DNA from: Anaerolineales bacterium
GTDB lineage: Bacteria > Chloroflexota > Anaerolineae > Anaerolineales > UBA6663
Assembly (NCBI GenBank): GCA_025057205.1
Contig: JANWXR010000004.1
Span: forward strand, 1-34,830
Length of the DNA: 34,830 bases
Direction of reading: 5' to 3'
In this document: piece by piece, positions 7,964 through 19,123 of the stretch
How the letters are laid out: each line of letters opens with the position of its first letter
How positions within the stretch are numbered: position 1 is the first letter of the stretch
The notes under the pieces: generated by a model
Seen by the model: the letters and a program-made list of their open reading frames with translations, nothing else
The model's database searches: none
What the model was told of the DNA's origin: nothing
Program-made: the position numbers and the translations under genes

Positions 7964-10375
7964 TCATTTCCCGATTTGAAACTCCACCCACTTCTTTCGC
8001 AGCCAATACGCACTACGCGATACGTAGCATGTTGCAGTCAACGCGCTCACCACAAGTCCCACCGACCACGTCCACGGCTCAAAGCGCATCTCAACGATGT
8101 GTTCGCCCGGCTCGGCTAGCGGCACGGCGCGGAAGGCAAAGTTGGCACGTAGCACTTCCACCTCGACCCCATTCACCCAGGCGCGCCAGCCGGGATACCA
8201 CACTTCGCTCAGCACCAGGTAGGCTGGGGCCGGCGTGCTCACAGCGATGCGGTAGGCCTCCGGCGAATAGTGCAGGTAGTAAAGATTTGAGTTCGGGGGT
8301 TGAAGGTCGGGCAGCGGCAGAAGCGCAGACGTTTCCAGCACGACCTCCCGTGTGGGGTCGAAGTCGGGCGCCACGATTGCGGCGAAGGCGGCCTCGCCAT
8401 CTGGCACTGCCCGCGCCGCGTACTTCAGGCTGATTCGCGGCTGCGCGTTGGTGTTCAGCCAGATGTCCACGCCGGGGTCGTCGTTGAAGACGGGGACGAT
8501 GTCCGGGTCGTCGGCGGGCGGCCGGTCTTTGGCGGCTACAATCCACTGCGCGCCGAGGAAGTCGTAGCGCGGCGCACCACGCGGCCCCATCGAGCCGATG
8601 TAGGTCTGATAAGCCGCCAGCACCAGCGGATTGCTCACCCCGCCGATGTCCTCCAACCCGTGCCGCGCTGCCGCGTCCGGCGCCCAGGCGCCCGTGGTCG
8701 AGTCAATGCGCGTCGGGCCGGGCCGGCTCTTCAGGTAACCAACGGCAACGGGATGTTGGAAGCCGAGCGTCGGGTCGGCGAAGTCCACCTCGACGAACGC
8801 GCCGTGGAAGAACAGGTCGGCGGCGAGGACGATGATGGCGAAGGCGGGGGCGAGGGAGGATAGAGAGTAGCGAGTAGAAAGTAGTAAGTAGGCGGCGAGG
8901 AGCAGGGCGAGGGTTACGGCCAAAGTCCAGAGCAGGTTCGATACCCGCTCTCCGGCTGGCGCTACGACAAGATATGCAATGACCAAGATTGCTACAGCCA
9001 CAACGCCAAATCCGGCAACCCATCGCCCTCTCTCTTTGCACTCCGCGTTCTCTGGGGTGAACACTCTCTGAAAGCCGAAGCCCGCCAGCACGGCCAGCCC
9101 CAGGTCGGTCAGCAGAACAAACCGCGCCGGCGCGCGCATTTGCGCAAAGCCGGGGACGAACTCGTAGAGCAAGCGATGCAGCGGCGTGTTCTCGCCGAGG
9201 GCGATGAGCAGGCTGAGGAAAGCAAGGGTTGCCCAGAACCCTTGGGTGCTGAGTCGGTGACCGGGTGAGTGAGCGATGAGGTGAGTGGAGCCGCTGTGCG
9301 AAGTTGTTGTGCCGGGCCTCTCAATCAAGGCGATGCCGGCGAAGACGAGCGGCAGCATGCCCAGGTAGCCCAGCTCAACGCGCAGCCACGGCCCCCAGTA
9401 ATCCGCGGCGCCGCGCCCGAAGAGCAGCGGTGAGACGAATCCGGCCAGCCCCGCCCAGGGCAGGGAGTACAGCGCGGCTTCGGGGTACCTCAGCCGCGCG
9501 CGCGCCGTGTACTGGGTCAGCTCAAGCGCCGGCAGCAACGCCAGGGCGCTCAGGCCGAGGGCGGCGAGGAAGACGAGGCTGAGGAGAATCGCAGAGCGTA
9601 TTGCGTATTTCGTATTCCGTTCACGCAACACGCAATACGCTATACGCCATACTCCCATACAGCCTATTGCCCCAAAGCTTATCAGCATCATCTGCGCGTG
9701 GCCGGCCAGCGCAGCGATGCTCAGCACCGCGCCTGCGGCCAGCGCCCAGTTCACGCTGCGGCGCGTCAGGCTGAGATGCAAACAGGCCAGCGCCAGCGGC
9801 AGCCAGGCCGACACCGCGACGATGTTCAGGTTGCCGATGTGCGTGACCAGGACATCGGAGAACATGAAGGCGACGGCGGCAAAAATAGAAGGAAGAAGGA
9901 AGAAGGAAGAAGGTGGAAAGAAGGGAGAAGGAAGAGGGTGGAAGGTTGAGGTTGGAGTGGCGTGAGCGCCCGCTTTAGTGTTCTCTTGCGTGCCGAGTAG
10001 GACTCGCATTAATACATACATCGAAGCGCCGGCCAGCCAGAAGTGAAAGACCACCAGCCATTCGATAGCGCGGTAGGGGAAAGAGGGCGCCAGCGCGAAG
10101 GCGAGCAGGTTGGGGGGGTAGAACAGGCCGCTCTGGTTATCGGCGGCGAAGGGCATGCCGGCGTAGAGCGTCTCGTTCCACAGCGGAATGCGCCCGCTCC
10201 ATAGCGCACGCGCTGCGTACGAGTACGTCGGCCAGAGGAAGGAGGCCAGGTCACCGCCGCCGCGCGGGATCCACGCCACGCCCAGCGTCACCGGCCAGAA
10301 GAAGATAAGCGCCAGGCCCGCCAGCGCCGCCAGCGCGATCCAGTCATGACGATGCCGGCGAAGCCAGACACCCAT
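7964..10375 (-). CDS. YfhO-like multi-pass membrane protein (GT-C glycosyltransferase-like)
   Basis: GDLASFLWP..GRIPLWNETLYAGMPFAADNQSGLFYPP, many TM segments, RAPARF, and C-terminal YLVLSEVWYPGWRAWVNG..RANFAFRAV..GEHIVEMRFEP typical of YfhO. Confidence 0.88.
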   Translation of the reverse strand: MGVWLRRHRHDWIALAALAGLALIFFWPVTLGVAWIPRGGGDLASFLWPTYSYAARALWSGRIPLWNETLYAGMPFAADNQSGLFYPPNLLAFALAPSFPYRAIEWLVVFHFWLAGASMYVLMRVLLGTQENTKAGAHATPTSTFHPLPSPFFPPSSFFLLPSIFAAVAFMFSDVLVTHIGNLNIVAVSAWLPLALACLHLSLTRRSVNWALAAGAVLSIAALAGHAQMMLISFGAIGCMGVWRIAYCVLRERNTKYAIRSAILLSLVFLAALGLSALALLPALELTQYTARARLRYPEAALYSLPWAGLAGFVSPLLFGRGAADYWGPWLRVELGYLGMLPLVFAGIALIERPGTTTSHSGSTHLIAHSPGHRLSTQGFWATLAFLSLLIALGENTPLHRLLYEFVPGFAQMRAPARFVLLTDLGLAVLAGFGFQRVFTPENAECKERGRWVAGFGVVAVAILVIAYLVVAPAGERVSNLLWTLAVTLALLLAAYLLLSTRYSLSSLAPAFAIIVLAADLFFHGAFVEVDFADPTLGFQHPVAVGYLKSRPGPTRIDSTTGAWAPDAAARHGLEDIGGVSNPLVLAAYQTYIGSMGPRGAPRYDFLGAQWIVAAKDRPPADDPDIVPVFNDDPGVDIWLNTNAQPRISLKYAARAVPDGEAAFAAIVAPDFDPTREVVLETSALLPLPDLQPPNSNLYYLHYSPEAYRIAVSTPAPAYLVLSEVWYPGWRAWVNGVEVEVLRANFAFRAVPLAEPGEHIVEMRFEPWTWSVGLVVSALTATCYVSRSAYWLRKKWVEFQIGK
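8861..8891. repeat. Heptamer tandem repeat inside the YfhO-like CDS
   Basis: TAGAGAG TAGCGAG TAGAAAG TAGTAAG TAG, encoding YLLLSTRYSLS. Confidence 0.75.
9596..9660. repeat. Palindromic heptamer repeat (GCGTATT/AATACGC) inside the YfhO-like CDS
   Basis: GCGTATT GCGTATT TCGTATT CCGT..ACGC AACACGC AATACGC TATACGC CATACTC; the same family is intergenic at 24551-24607. Confidence 0.85.
9887..9955. repeat. AGAAGGA heptamer tandem repeat inside the YfhO-like CDS
   Basis: AGAAGGA x3, AGAAGGT..AGAAGGG AGAAGGA AGAGGGT GGAAGGT, encoding STFHPLPSPFFPPSSFFLLPS. Confidence 0.85.
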
Positions 10376-10394
10376 CCGTAATTGCCCGGGCCGT

Positions 10395-10826
10395 TTACGG
10401 TTGAAGGATCTTGGTCAGAATGCGCACCGGCATCTCGCTCCAGCCACGCGCTTCGTAGAACGGGATCACCTCGGTGTTCTGCGGCGTGATGAGCAGATAG
10501 ACCTTGCGGCAGCCCTTCGCCTGCAGGCGGGATTCGACCTCGCGCAGTAGGGCCGCGCCCAGACCGTTGCCGCGCAGCTCGGCGGCCACAGCGAGGTGAT
10601 AAATCAGCCCGCGCCTTCCATCCCACCCGCCGATGACCGTGCCGGCCAGGCGCCCCGCCACTTCGGCGACGAGGAAAAGGTCTGGGTCGCGCGTCAGCTT
10701 CTTGGCAATTTCATCGCGCGTGTCGGAGAGGCCGACGCCGATGCCCGGCCCGGCGTTGCGCCAGAGCGCCAGCGCCGCTTCGTAGTCGCGGTCGAGGTCG
10801 AATTCGCGCAGGGTGAAGGTGAGCAC
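10395..10826 (-). CDS. GNAT family N-acetyltransferase (YpeA-like)
   Basis: DPDLFLVAE..GTVIGGWDGRRGLIYHLAV..RGNGLG..GCRKVYL..FYEARGW. Confidence 0.92.
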   Translation of the reverse strand: MLTFTLREFDLDRDYEAALALWRNAGPGIGVGLSDTRDEIAKKLTRDPDLFLVAEVAGRLAGTVIGGWDGRRGLIYHLAVAAELRGNGLGAALLREVESRLQAKGCRKVYLLITPQNTEVIPFYEARGWSEMPVRILTKILQP

Positions 10827-10849
10827 GATTTACGACGGGGCCTGGCGGG

Positions 10850-12637
10850 TCAGTCTTCTTCGCCGCCGACGATGCGCTTCCACGCGCCGTGGATGCCGTC
10901 CTCGGTGACGCCGTAGTAGACGTAGATGTGGCCGTTGATGCGCTGTGCCAGGTCGTAGCGGGTGACGCCGCCGCGGGTCGTCTTCTTGATGAGCGCTCGG
11001 TCGTTCTGCCAGTGGAGGCGGGCCGGGTCCAGCCGGCCGCTTTCATGCTCGGTGATGGCGTAGTGCCAGAGCTTGCGGGCGCTGGCTCGAGTCACGTTCT
11101 TCACCACGTTGCCGTTGCGCAGGTCGCGCATGGTGTGATACTTGCGGCCGTTGCGCTCTTCGGTGGCGACGATTTCGACGCCGGTTCGGGGCGCGTCGCG
11201 CAGCGCTTCGGGGGTGGAGGGCGTTGCCGCCGGCAGACCGGCGGGCGCTTCGGCGGCGGAGTCGGGCGCGGGCGGGGGAACAGGTGACAACGCCGGCCCG
11301 GTCGCCTGACCTGTGCCGTGCACCAATCCCCGACCTGCCCGGCCGCGCAGCACCAGCTGCACGATCTCATCGCGCACGGCCATGGAGGTCTCGGCTTCAT
11401 CCCGCACGTAGATTTTGTAATCCTCGACGGCGTAGGGCGGGTCGTCGCCGCGTGGCGTGAGGATGCGAATGATGGTCTTGCCCCTCGTCTCCAGCGTGTC
11501 CACCGTACACTCGAGGTGGGGCGTAATCATCTGGTCAATGGCCGCGCGCAGCTCGCCGGCGGTCTGCTTCGGGTTCGGCACGCCGTGCGGCGACTGCTTG
11601 GGGTCGGCACTGACGCCGATGTAGACCGTGCCGCCGTTGGTGTTGGCGAACGCGCAGACATCGGCGATGATGGCGTACTGTTTGCCGCCGCGCACCTGCG
11701 CGCTCTCGTGGAAGGACTGCACGATGTTAGGGCCTTCTTCGCGCGCCTGCTGCACGTAGTCGAACTCAACTTCGGCGGTAGGGCTGTGCGGGCGGGTGCG
11801 GGCGAAGTCGTTGCCGGCGAACAGCTCCTTCAGCGACTCAAAGCTGACGTCATCAAGGAGCACATCGGTGGCGCGGTCGCCGACGCCCAAGTTCTTGGGG
11901 TTGGCCGGATCGCGGCGCAGCCGGTGGGCGTCCGAACCCTGGATGCAGTGCATCCGGCGCGGATATTCGGGTTTGGAGCCGTTGAAGAAGCCTTTGGTGG
12001 AGCCGCGCCCTTTGCGGTCAAGGTCGGTCACTTCGAGCGCAGCCAGGTGCGGGTCTTGGGTATAGGCGATGCGCGTTTGCCCACCGAAGCCGAGGCCGCG
12101 CATAGCCACGCCGTTGGACGAGTTGGCGTGTGCAGCAATGGCGATGCCGCCCGCCTCGGTGATAAGGCGATAGGCGGTGAGCACGTCGGCGGTTGCGCCC
12201 ACCTGCGCCGAGCCGAGGTCAATCTGGTCGCGCGGCACGTGAAGGCTGAGCAGCAGGTGCTCCAGCTCGCGGCTCGGCGTGTCCGGGGGGAAGATGCCCA
12301 GGACATGAAAGCCGAAGGTGGCGGTGAACTCGAAGCCGGGCAGGACGAGGATTTTCTGCATCAGCCGGCGATACTCGGCCAGACGGCGCTGCTCGTCCGG
12401 CAAGATGCGGCCGAGGCGTTCGAGGAATTCCAGTTCGCGGATTTCATCTTTGAGTCGCCGGATGCCGGCCACCGTGTTGTGGTCGGTGATGGCGATGATG
12501 TCCAGGCCGCGCGCTTCGGCGCGCTGGAGGATGTCGAGGTAAGTAACGTTGGGTTCCTGGTAATCACTCGAGGCGGGGGTGTGGATGTGTAAGTCCATCA
12601 CGCGCCAGCTTCGGGCGCGTTTTGTCTTGGGGGGCAT
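10850..12637 (-). CDS. PHP phosphoesterase domain + Schlafen/AlbA_2 domain + uncharacterised C-terminal domain
   Basis: PHP motifs [34 protein letters not shown]; AlbA_2 motif [22 protein letters not shown]; Pro/Ala linker; C-terminal domain of about 110 aa. Confidence 0.85.
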   Translation of the reverse strand: MPPKTKRARSWRVMDLHIHTPASSDYQEPNVTYLDILQRAEARGLDIIAITDHNTVAGIRRLKDEIRELEFLERLGRILPDEQRRLAEYRRLMQKILVLPGFEFTATFGFHVLGIFPPDTPSRELEHLLLSLHVPRDQIDLGSAQVGATADVLTAYRLITEAGGIAIAAHANSSNGVAMRGLGFGGQTRIAYTQDPHLAALEVTDLDRKGRGSTKGFFNGSKPEYPRRMHCIQGSDAHRLRRDPANPKNLGVGDRATDVLLDDVSFESLKELFAGNDFARTRPHSPTAEVEFDYVQQAREEGPNIVQSFHESAQVRGGKQYAIIADVCAFANTNGGTVYIGVSADPKQSPHGVPNPKQTAGELRAAIDQMITPHLECTVDTLETRGKTIIRILTPRGDDPPYAVEDYKIYVRDEAETSMAVRDEIVQLVLRGRAGRGLVHGTGQATGPALSPVPPPAPDSAAEAPAGLPAATPSTPEALRDAPRTGVEIVATEERNGRKYHTMRDLRNGNVVKNVTRASARKLWHYAITEHESGRLDPARLHWQNDRALIKKTTRGGVTRYDLAQRINGHIYVYYGVTEDGIHGAWKRIVGGEED

Positions 12638-12652
12638 AAGATTCCGAAAGGT

Positions 12653-13009
12653 TCAGGCCAGCACGCGCTGTAACATGGCCGTAAGCGCGTCCGGCGGGTA
12701 GGGTTTGAGTAGAAAGTGGTCGGCGCCGGCGGCCTTGCATTGCTCTTCCATATCCATGCCGGAGGTCATGATGACCGGGAGGCCGGTCAACTCCGGGGTC
12801 TGGCGTAGGGCACGCAGGACCTCCATGCCGTCGGCACCGGCCAGGTGCACGTCCATCAGTATTGCATCGGGTTTGAAGTTCAGGGCTTCCACAAGCACCC
12901 GGTCGCCATGGGGTACCACGCGCACCACGTAGCCGTCAAGCTCCAGCAGCGCCTGTAAAAGCCCGGTCATTGTCCGGTCATCGTCTACAATCAGGATGTT
13001 CTTTGGCAC
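12653..13009 (-). CDS. Single-domain response regulator (CheY-like)
   Basis: KNILIVDDD..PDAILMDVHLAGADG..PVIMTS..AGADHFLLKPY. Start set at GTG 13009 because the longer ORF-track start overlaps lon. Confidence 0.9.
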   Translation of the reverse strand: MPKNILIVDDDRTMTGLLQALLELDGYVVRVVPHGDRVLVEALNFKPDAILMDVHLAGADGMEVLRALRQTPELTGLPVIMTSGMDMEEQCKAAGADHFLLKPYPPDALTAMLQRVLA

Positions 13010-13115
13010 GTTCCACTTGCCCTTATGAAATTCTGGCTTGTCGGTTCCGTTCTGTTTTCTGGCAAGGTATTCGGTCGCTCTTAGTATACGCGTCTCTCCA
13101 TCCGGCTGCGAAGGG

Positions 13116-15746
<2,631 letters not shown>

Positions 15747-15782
15747 CTCAGCGCCGCCGGGTCTGCCCCACGGGGTCGGGCG

Positions 15783-16211
15783 TTAGCGGATTTCCAGGCG
15801 CCGAGGCTGGAGCTTGGGCAGGGTGATGCGTAGGAAGCCGTCTTCGTACTCCGCCTGAATCTCGGCGGTCGCCACGGCGGTGGGCAATTCGACGTCAACG
15901 CGAAATTCCCCAAAATTGATTTCGATCTGATGATAGGACCGGGGCACGGAACGGTCGTGCGGGCGTATGCCGGCAATCATCAGACGGCGGTCTTGTAACT
16001 CAATTGAGATGTTCTCACGCCGCATCCCGGCCAGCTCCACCTGTACGACGATGGCCGTCTCGGTCTCATAGATGTCGGTCGGGGGCCGCCAGGCATGCGA
16101 GCGACGACTGGCTAGCCAACCCGTGCCGGTGGAGTATGCGCCTGTGAAAAGGACTTCGACCAACGAGGGGTCGTCTGAGGGGCGGGATTGTCGAGGCCGG
16201 TGCGCGGTCAT
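15783..16211 (-). CDS. Hsp20/alpha-crystallin small heat-shock protein
   Basis: WRPPTDIYET..VELAGM..GEFRVDVELP..AEYEDGFLRITLPK; ATG 16211 with GGAGG RBS. Confidence 0.93.
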   Translation of the reverse strand: MTAHRPRQSRPSDDPSLVEVLFTGAYSTGTGWLASRRSHAWRPPTDIYETETAIVVQVELAGMRRENISIELQDRRLMIAGIRPHDRSVPRSYHQIEINFGEFRVDVELPTAVATAEIQAEYEDGFLRITLPKLQPRRLEIR

Positions 16212-16286
16212 CGCTGAAGCCTCCAAGCTTGCGAGCAATTCATCGGTGCCGGAATTCTACCATAGCCTCCACCGAGAACCTCGTTG

Positions 16287-16376
16287 GTGTGCACGCAAAA
16301 CATGTCAGTCGCACCCTGAGCGGAGCGAAGCGCAGTCGAAGGGGCGGCACGTTCCCTGACAACTTGGCGTGCACAC
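16287..16376. mobile_element. MITE-B (90 bp; ~22-bp imperfect TIR; 8-bp TSD) carrying a REP-like motif
   Basis: GTGTGCACGCAAAACATGTCAG ... CTGACAACTTGGCGTGCACAC, with direct repeat CCTCGTTG at 16279-16286 and 16377-16384. Cargo CACCCTGAGCGGAGCGAAGCGCAGTCGAAGGG. Confidence 0.85.
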
Positions 16377-16410
16377 CCTCGTTGGAACCGCGAAGACCCG
16401 GAGGATGCGA

Positions 16411-16533
16411 GTCAATGCTCCGCTATCCTGATTGAGCCACAGATGTCGCAGATTTTTGCGGAAAAGAGTCTGTGACTATCTGCGATGTTTGTGGAATCTC
16501 CAGCCCATCGGCGATTATGGCCTGAGACGTTGT
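16411..16533. mobile_element. MITE-A copy 2 (degenerate, 123 bp) inside a nonamer REP-like element (~16387-16597)
   Basis: GTCAATGCTCCGCTATCCTGATTGAGCC resembles GTAACTGCTCAGCTGTCCTGATTTATCC; right end CTGAGACGTTGT; shared core TCTGTGACYATCTGYGAYRTYTGTGGA; TSD GGATGCGA/GGATGCAA; same length as copy 1. Confidence 0.82.
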
Positions 16534-16635
16534 GGATGCAAAAGAGAACAAAGGCGAATCCTTCGCCCTGTTCGCCGCTCTCTTCGCGCCTCGGCGGCGA
16601 GTGCGCGGTATTTGAGGCCCCGCTGCCGGTCAATC

Positions 16636-18054
16636 TCAGTTACCGAACACCATCAGCACGACACGCGGCGTGAGGAAGGCCTCAAGCAGGGCAGCCATCG
16701 CCAGCAGGGGAATGACCAGCCCAAGCAAAATCTTGGCCCAATCGGCCAGCGCCAGCAACCAGCCTTCGCTTAGAGTCTTGCCGGGCGGCGGCGCGATGAC
16801 GCTGGCGCCCAGGCGCAGAATCGCACCGCCGGCGAGCAGGGCCGCCGGGATTTCGGCCACGCCGTGCGGCAGGATGAAGGCGGCGAAGAACGACAGCGGC
16901 GAGACGCCGGCCAGCGCCAGCTGCCCGGCGAAGAAGCCGGTGAGCGCCAGCGGCACCATCAACAGGACGATGGCCAGCACGCCCCACGAAAATATGCCGA
17001 GAAGCGAGGCGAAGCCGAGCGCGCGCAGGTTGATGAGGAAGACCCAGCTCGCACCGGTGGGCGAGAAGAAACCGAACTGCGCGAAATGCTCAGCGGTGTC
17101 CTCCAGCAGCCGGAAGTTGCCCGCAACAAACAGGTTGGGATACTGCGACGCCTGGCTGTAGCCGAGGAGCACGGCGCCGAACAGCGCCAGTCCGAGCACC
17201 GCAATTGGTGCGCGCAGGCGCGCAACCGTCGGGAACACTTCTTTCCGGTACCAGCCGGCAAGGCCCGCTCTCTGGCCTGCGCCTACAAAGCCCTGCGCAA
17301 AGGTGCGCCAGGCTGCTTTCAGGTTAAGCTCGTCCAGGTCGCGGCCCAGCAGTTCTTCGCGATTGAAAAGTTGCACGCCCATTCGCAGCAGGATGAACAG
17401 GATGAGCAACAGCGCCAACAGAATCCACCAGAGGGCCTCGTACCGTCCCCAAAGCATGATGACGCTCTCTCCCTGAATGAGCAGGGCAAAGGGGATGATG
17501 ATGAACGAAGCCAGCAGGTTAGCAGCGCGCACCGAGGTGGCCTGCGAGGAAACCACAACCGCCCCGGCGACCATCACTAATCCTTGCACGGTGGTCAGCG
17601 CCAATATCTGTATCAGGAGGACAGGCTCAGCAAACCAGCCCACCGTCAGCGCCAGGCCGACCAGATAGACGAAGATGCCGAGATACGATGACAGCAGTGG
17701 CGGGAGAGTGGAGGCCAGAATCTTGCCGACGTACAGTTCCGTGTCTGTGAGCGGCGAAGCCAGCAGCGGCTCCAGGCTGTGCCGTTCCTTCTCGCCGACG
17801 AAGCTCTCCAGCGCGATGACGAGCGAGACGGAGATGGGGAAGAAGCCGACTACCATCAACAGGAAGGGCACCAGCCGCTCACCAAGGATGTTCGCGCCGT
17901 GCTGCGCCATGAAGTCGAGCATGCGGTCGGCGGTGAAGTTCATCAACAGTGGGAAGAAGAGGGTGAGCACCACCACCGGGAAGATGATTCGCCAGTCGCG
18001 CAGCTGGTCGCGTAACTCGCGGCGGGTGACGATGAGGGCGCGGGAGAGAGTCAT
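16636..18054 (-). CDS. ABC-2 type permease fused to a SpoIIM-like domain
   Basis: N-half RRELRDQLRD..ESFVGEKERHSLEPLLASP..GK (ABC-2/NatB-like); C-half INLR..ILPHGVAEIPA..AALLEAFLTP (SpoIIM). Confidence 0.88.
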   Translation of the reverse strand: MTLSRALIVTRRELRDQLRDWRIIFPVVVLTLFFPLLMNFTADRMLDFMAQHGANILGERLVPFLLMVVGFFPISVSLVIALESFVGEKERHSLEPLLASPLTDTELYVGKILASTLPPLLSSYLGIFVYLVGLALTVGWFAEPVLLIQILALTTVQGLVMVAGAVVVSSQATSVRAANLLASFIIIPFALLIQGESVIMLWGRYEALWWILLALLLILFILLRMGVQLFNREELLGRDLDELNLKAAWRTFAQGFVGAGQRAGLAGWYRKEVFPTVARLRAPIAVLGLALFGAVLLGYSQASQYPNLFVAGNFRLLEDTAEHFAQFGFFSPTGASWVFLINLRALGFASLLGIFSWGVLAIVLLMVPLALTGFFAGQLALAGVSPLSFFAAFILPHGVAEIPAALLAGGAILRLGASVIAPPPGKTLSEGWLLALADWAKILLGLVIPLLAMAALLEAFLTPRVVLMVFGN

Positions 18055-18065
18055 GGGGGAAATTG

Positions 18066-18980
18066 TTACTGGTGCGCAATGACTTGCAGGTACACGTCTT
18101 CCAGGCTGCGCGGCACTTCGGCGAGGGTGATGACGGGCACGCGGCGTTCGGTCAGGCGCTGCAGGATGAGCGGGTTGTAGGTCGCCGGATCGGGCGTGCG
18201 GTAGCGCAGCCAGTTGTCGCCGGCCTCCACGATTTCAACGAGGTCGGACAGGGAATGGGCGACGCCGTTGAGCGGAGCCGCTGTGCGCAGTTCGAGCAGG
18301 GCCGGGCCGAGCAGGTCGCGTTTGAGTTGCTCCGGCGAGCCGCGCGCAACGATGGTTCCACGCCGGATGATAGCGATCTGGTCGGCCAACTGCTCGGCCT
18401 CGGTCAGGTTGTGGGTGCAGAGGATGATGGCGCGGTTGGCCGAGCGCAACTGGGAGATGGCGTCGCGCACCAGCCGTGCCGACTCGGGGTCCATGGCCGA
18501 AGTCGGCTCGTCGAGCAACAGGACGGGCGGGTCGTGCAGCAGGGCGCGGATCAGCGCCAGCTTTTGGCGCATGCCTTTGGAATACTCGCCGAGTCGCTTG
18601 GAGACGGCCTCGCTCATCCCGAAGCGTTCTAGCCAATAGGTGGCGCGTTTCCGGCAGACGGCGGGTGAAAGGCCGTACAGCTCACCGAAGAAGCTTAGGT
18701 ATTCCTCGGCCTGCATGCGGAAATACAGGCCATGATGTTCGGTGAGCACACCGACGCTGCGACGCACCGCCTCCGCTTGGCGCACCACGTCGTAACCGGC
18801 GACGCGCGCCCAGCCTGAAGTCGGTTTGAGGATGGCGTGCAGCATGCGCACGGTGGTGGTCTTGCCGGCGCCGTTGGGGCCAAGTAGCGCCAGCACCTCG
18901 CCGGGCTGCACGTGGAGCGAAAGGCCGCGCACTGCGATGAAGTCGTCGAACTGCTTGACCAGTTCGTGAGCTTCGACCAT
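18066..18980 (-). CDS. ABC transporter ATP-binding protein
   Basis: GPNGAGKTT, YSKGMRQK, LLLDEPT, CTH, C-terminal SLEDVYL. Confidence 0.96.
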   Translation of the reverse strand: MVEAHELVKQFDDFIAVRGLSLHVQPGEVLALLGPNGAGKTTTVRMLHAILKPTSGWARVAGYDVVRQAEAVRRSVGVLTEHHGLYFRMQAEEYLSFFGELYGLSPAVCRKRATYWLERFGMSEAVSKRLGEYSKGMRQKLALIRALLHDPPVLLLDEPTSAMDPESARLVRDAISQLRSANRAIILCTHNLTEAEQLADQIAIIRRGTIVARGSPEQLKRDLLGPALLELRTAAPLNGVAHSLSDLVEIVEAGDNWLRYRTPDPATYNPLILQRLTERRVPVITLAEVPRSLEDVYLQVIAHQ

Positions 18981-18986
18981 GTCCCA

Positions 18987-18992
18987 ATTATA
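18987..18992 (-). promoter_or_regulatory. -10 box, probable leaderless promoter of the ABC operon
   Basis: Minus-strand TATAAT, 6 nt, then ATG 18980. Confidence 0.6.
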
Positions 18993-19123
18993 GAGCCTGT
19001 GCGGGCACTGAACTGGGCGGAAAAGTTGGCGCAGGGTCGCGGCGTCAGGGGCGAGCGTCGCTTGCTTCAGCGGGTTCTCACAGGCAGGTTTGTCAACAGC
19101 CGCCGCCGCAAGTCGTTGCCTGC

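Noticed and set aside
10395-10826. GNAT as MshD
   Set aside because: Single YpeA-like GNAT domain, whereas MshD has tandem GNAT domains.
11318-12592. 424-aa plus-strand ORF (similar ones at 836-1774, 2329-3132, 31038-32093)
   Set aside because: Antisense shadows of well-supported minus-strand genes.
13004-13020. TGGCACGTTCCACTTGC as a sigma-54 site
   Set aside because: Spacing is 2 nt too long, and it is antisense over a start codon.
16240-16630. CRISPR array, CIRCE or ncRNA upstream of hsp20
   Set aside because: No regularly spaced direct repeats and no TTAGCACTC-N9-GAGTGCTAA; the structure is explained by MITEs and REP-like palindromes.
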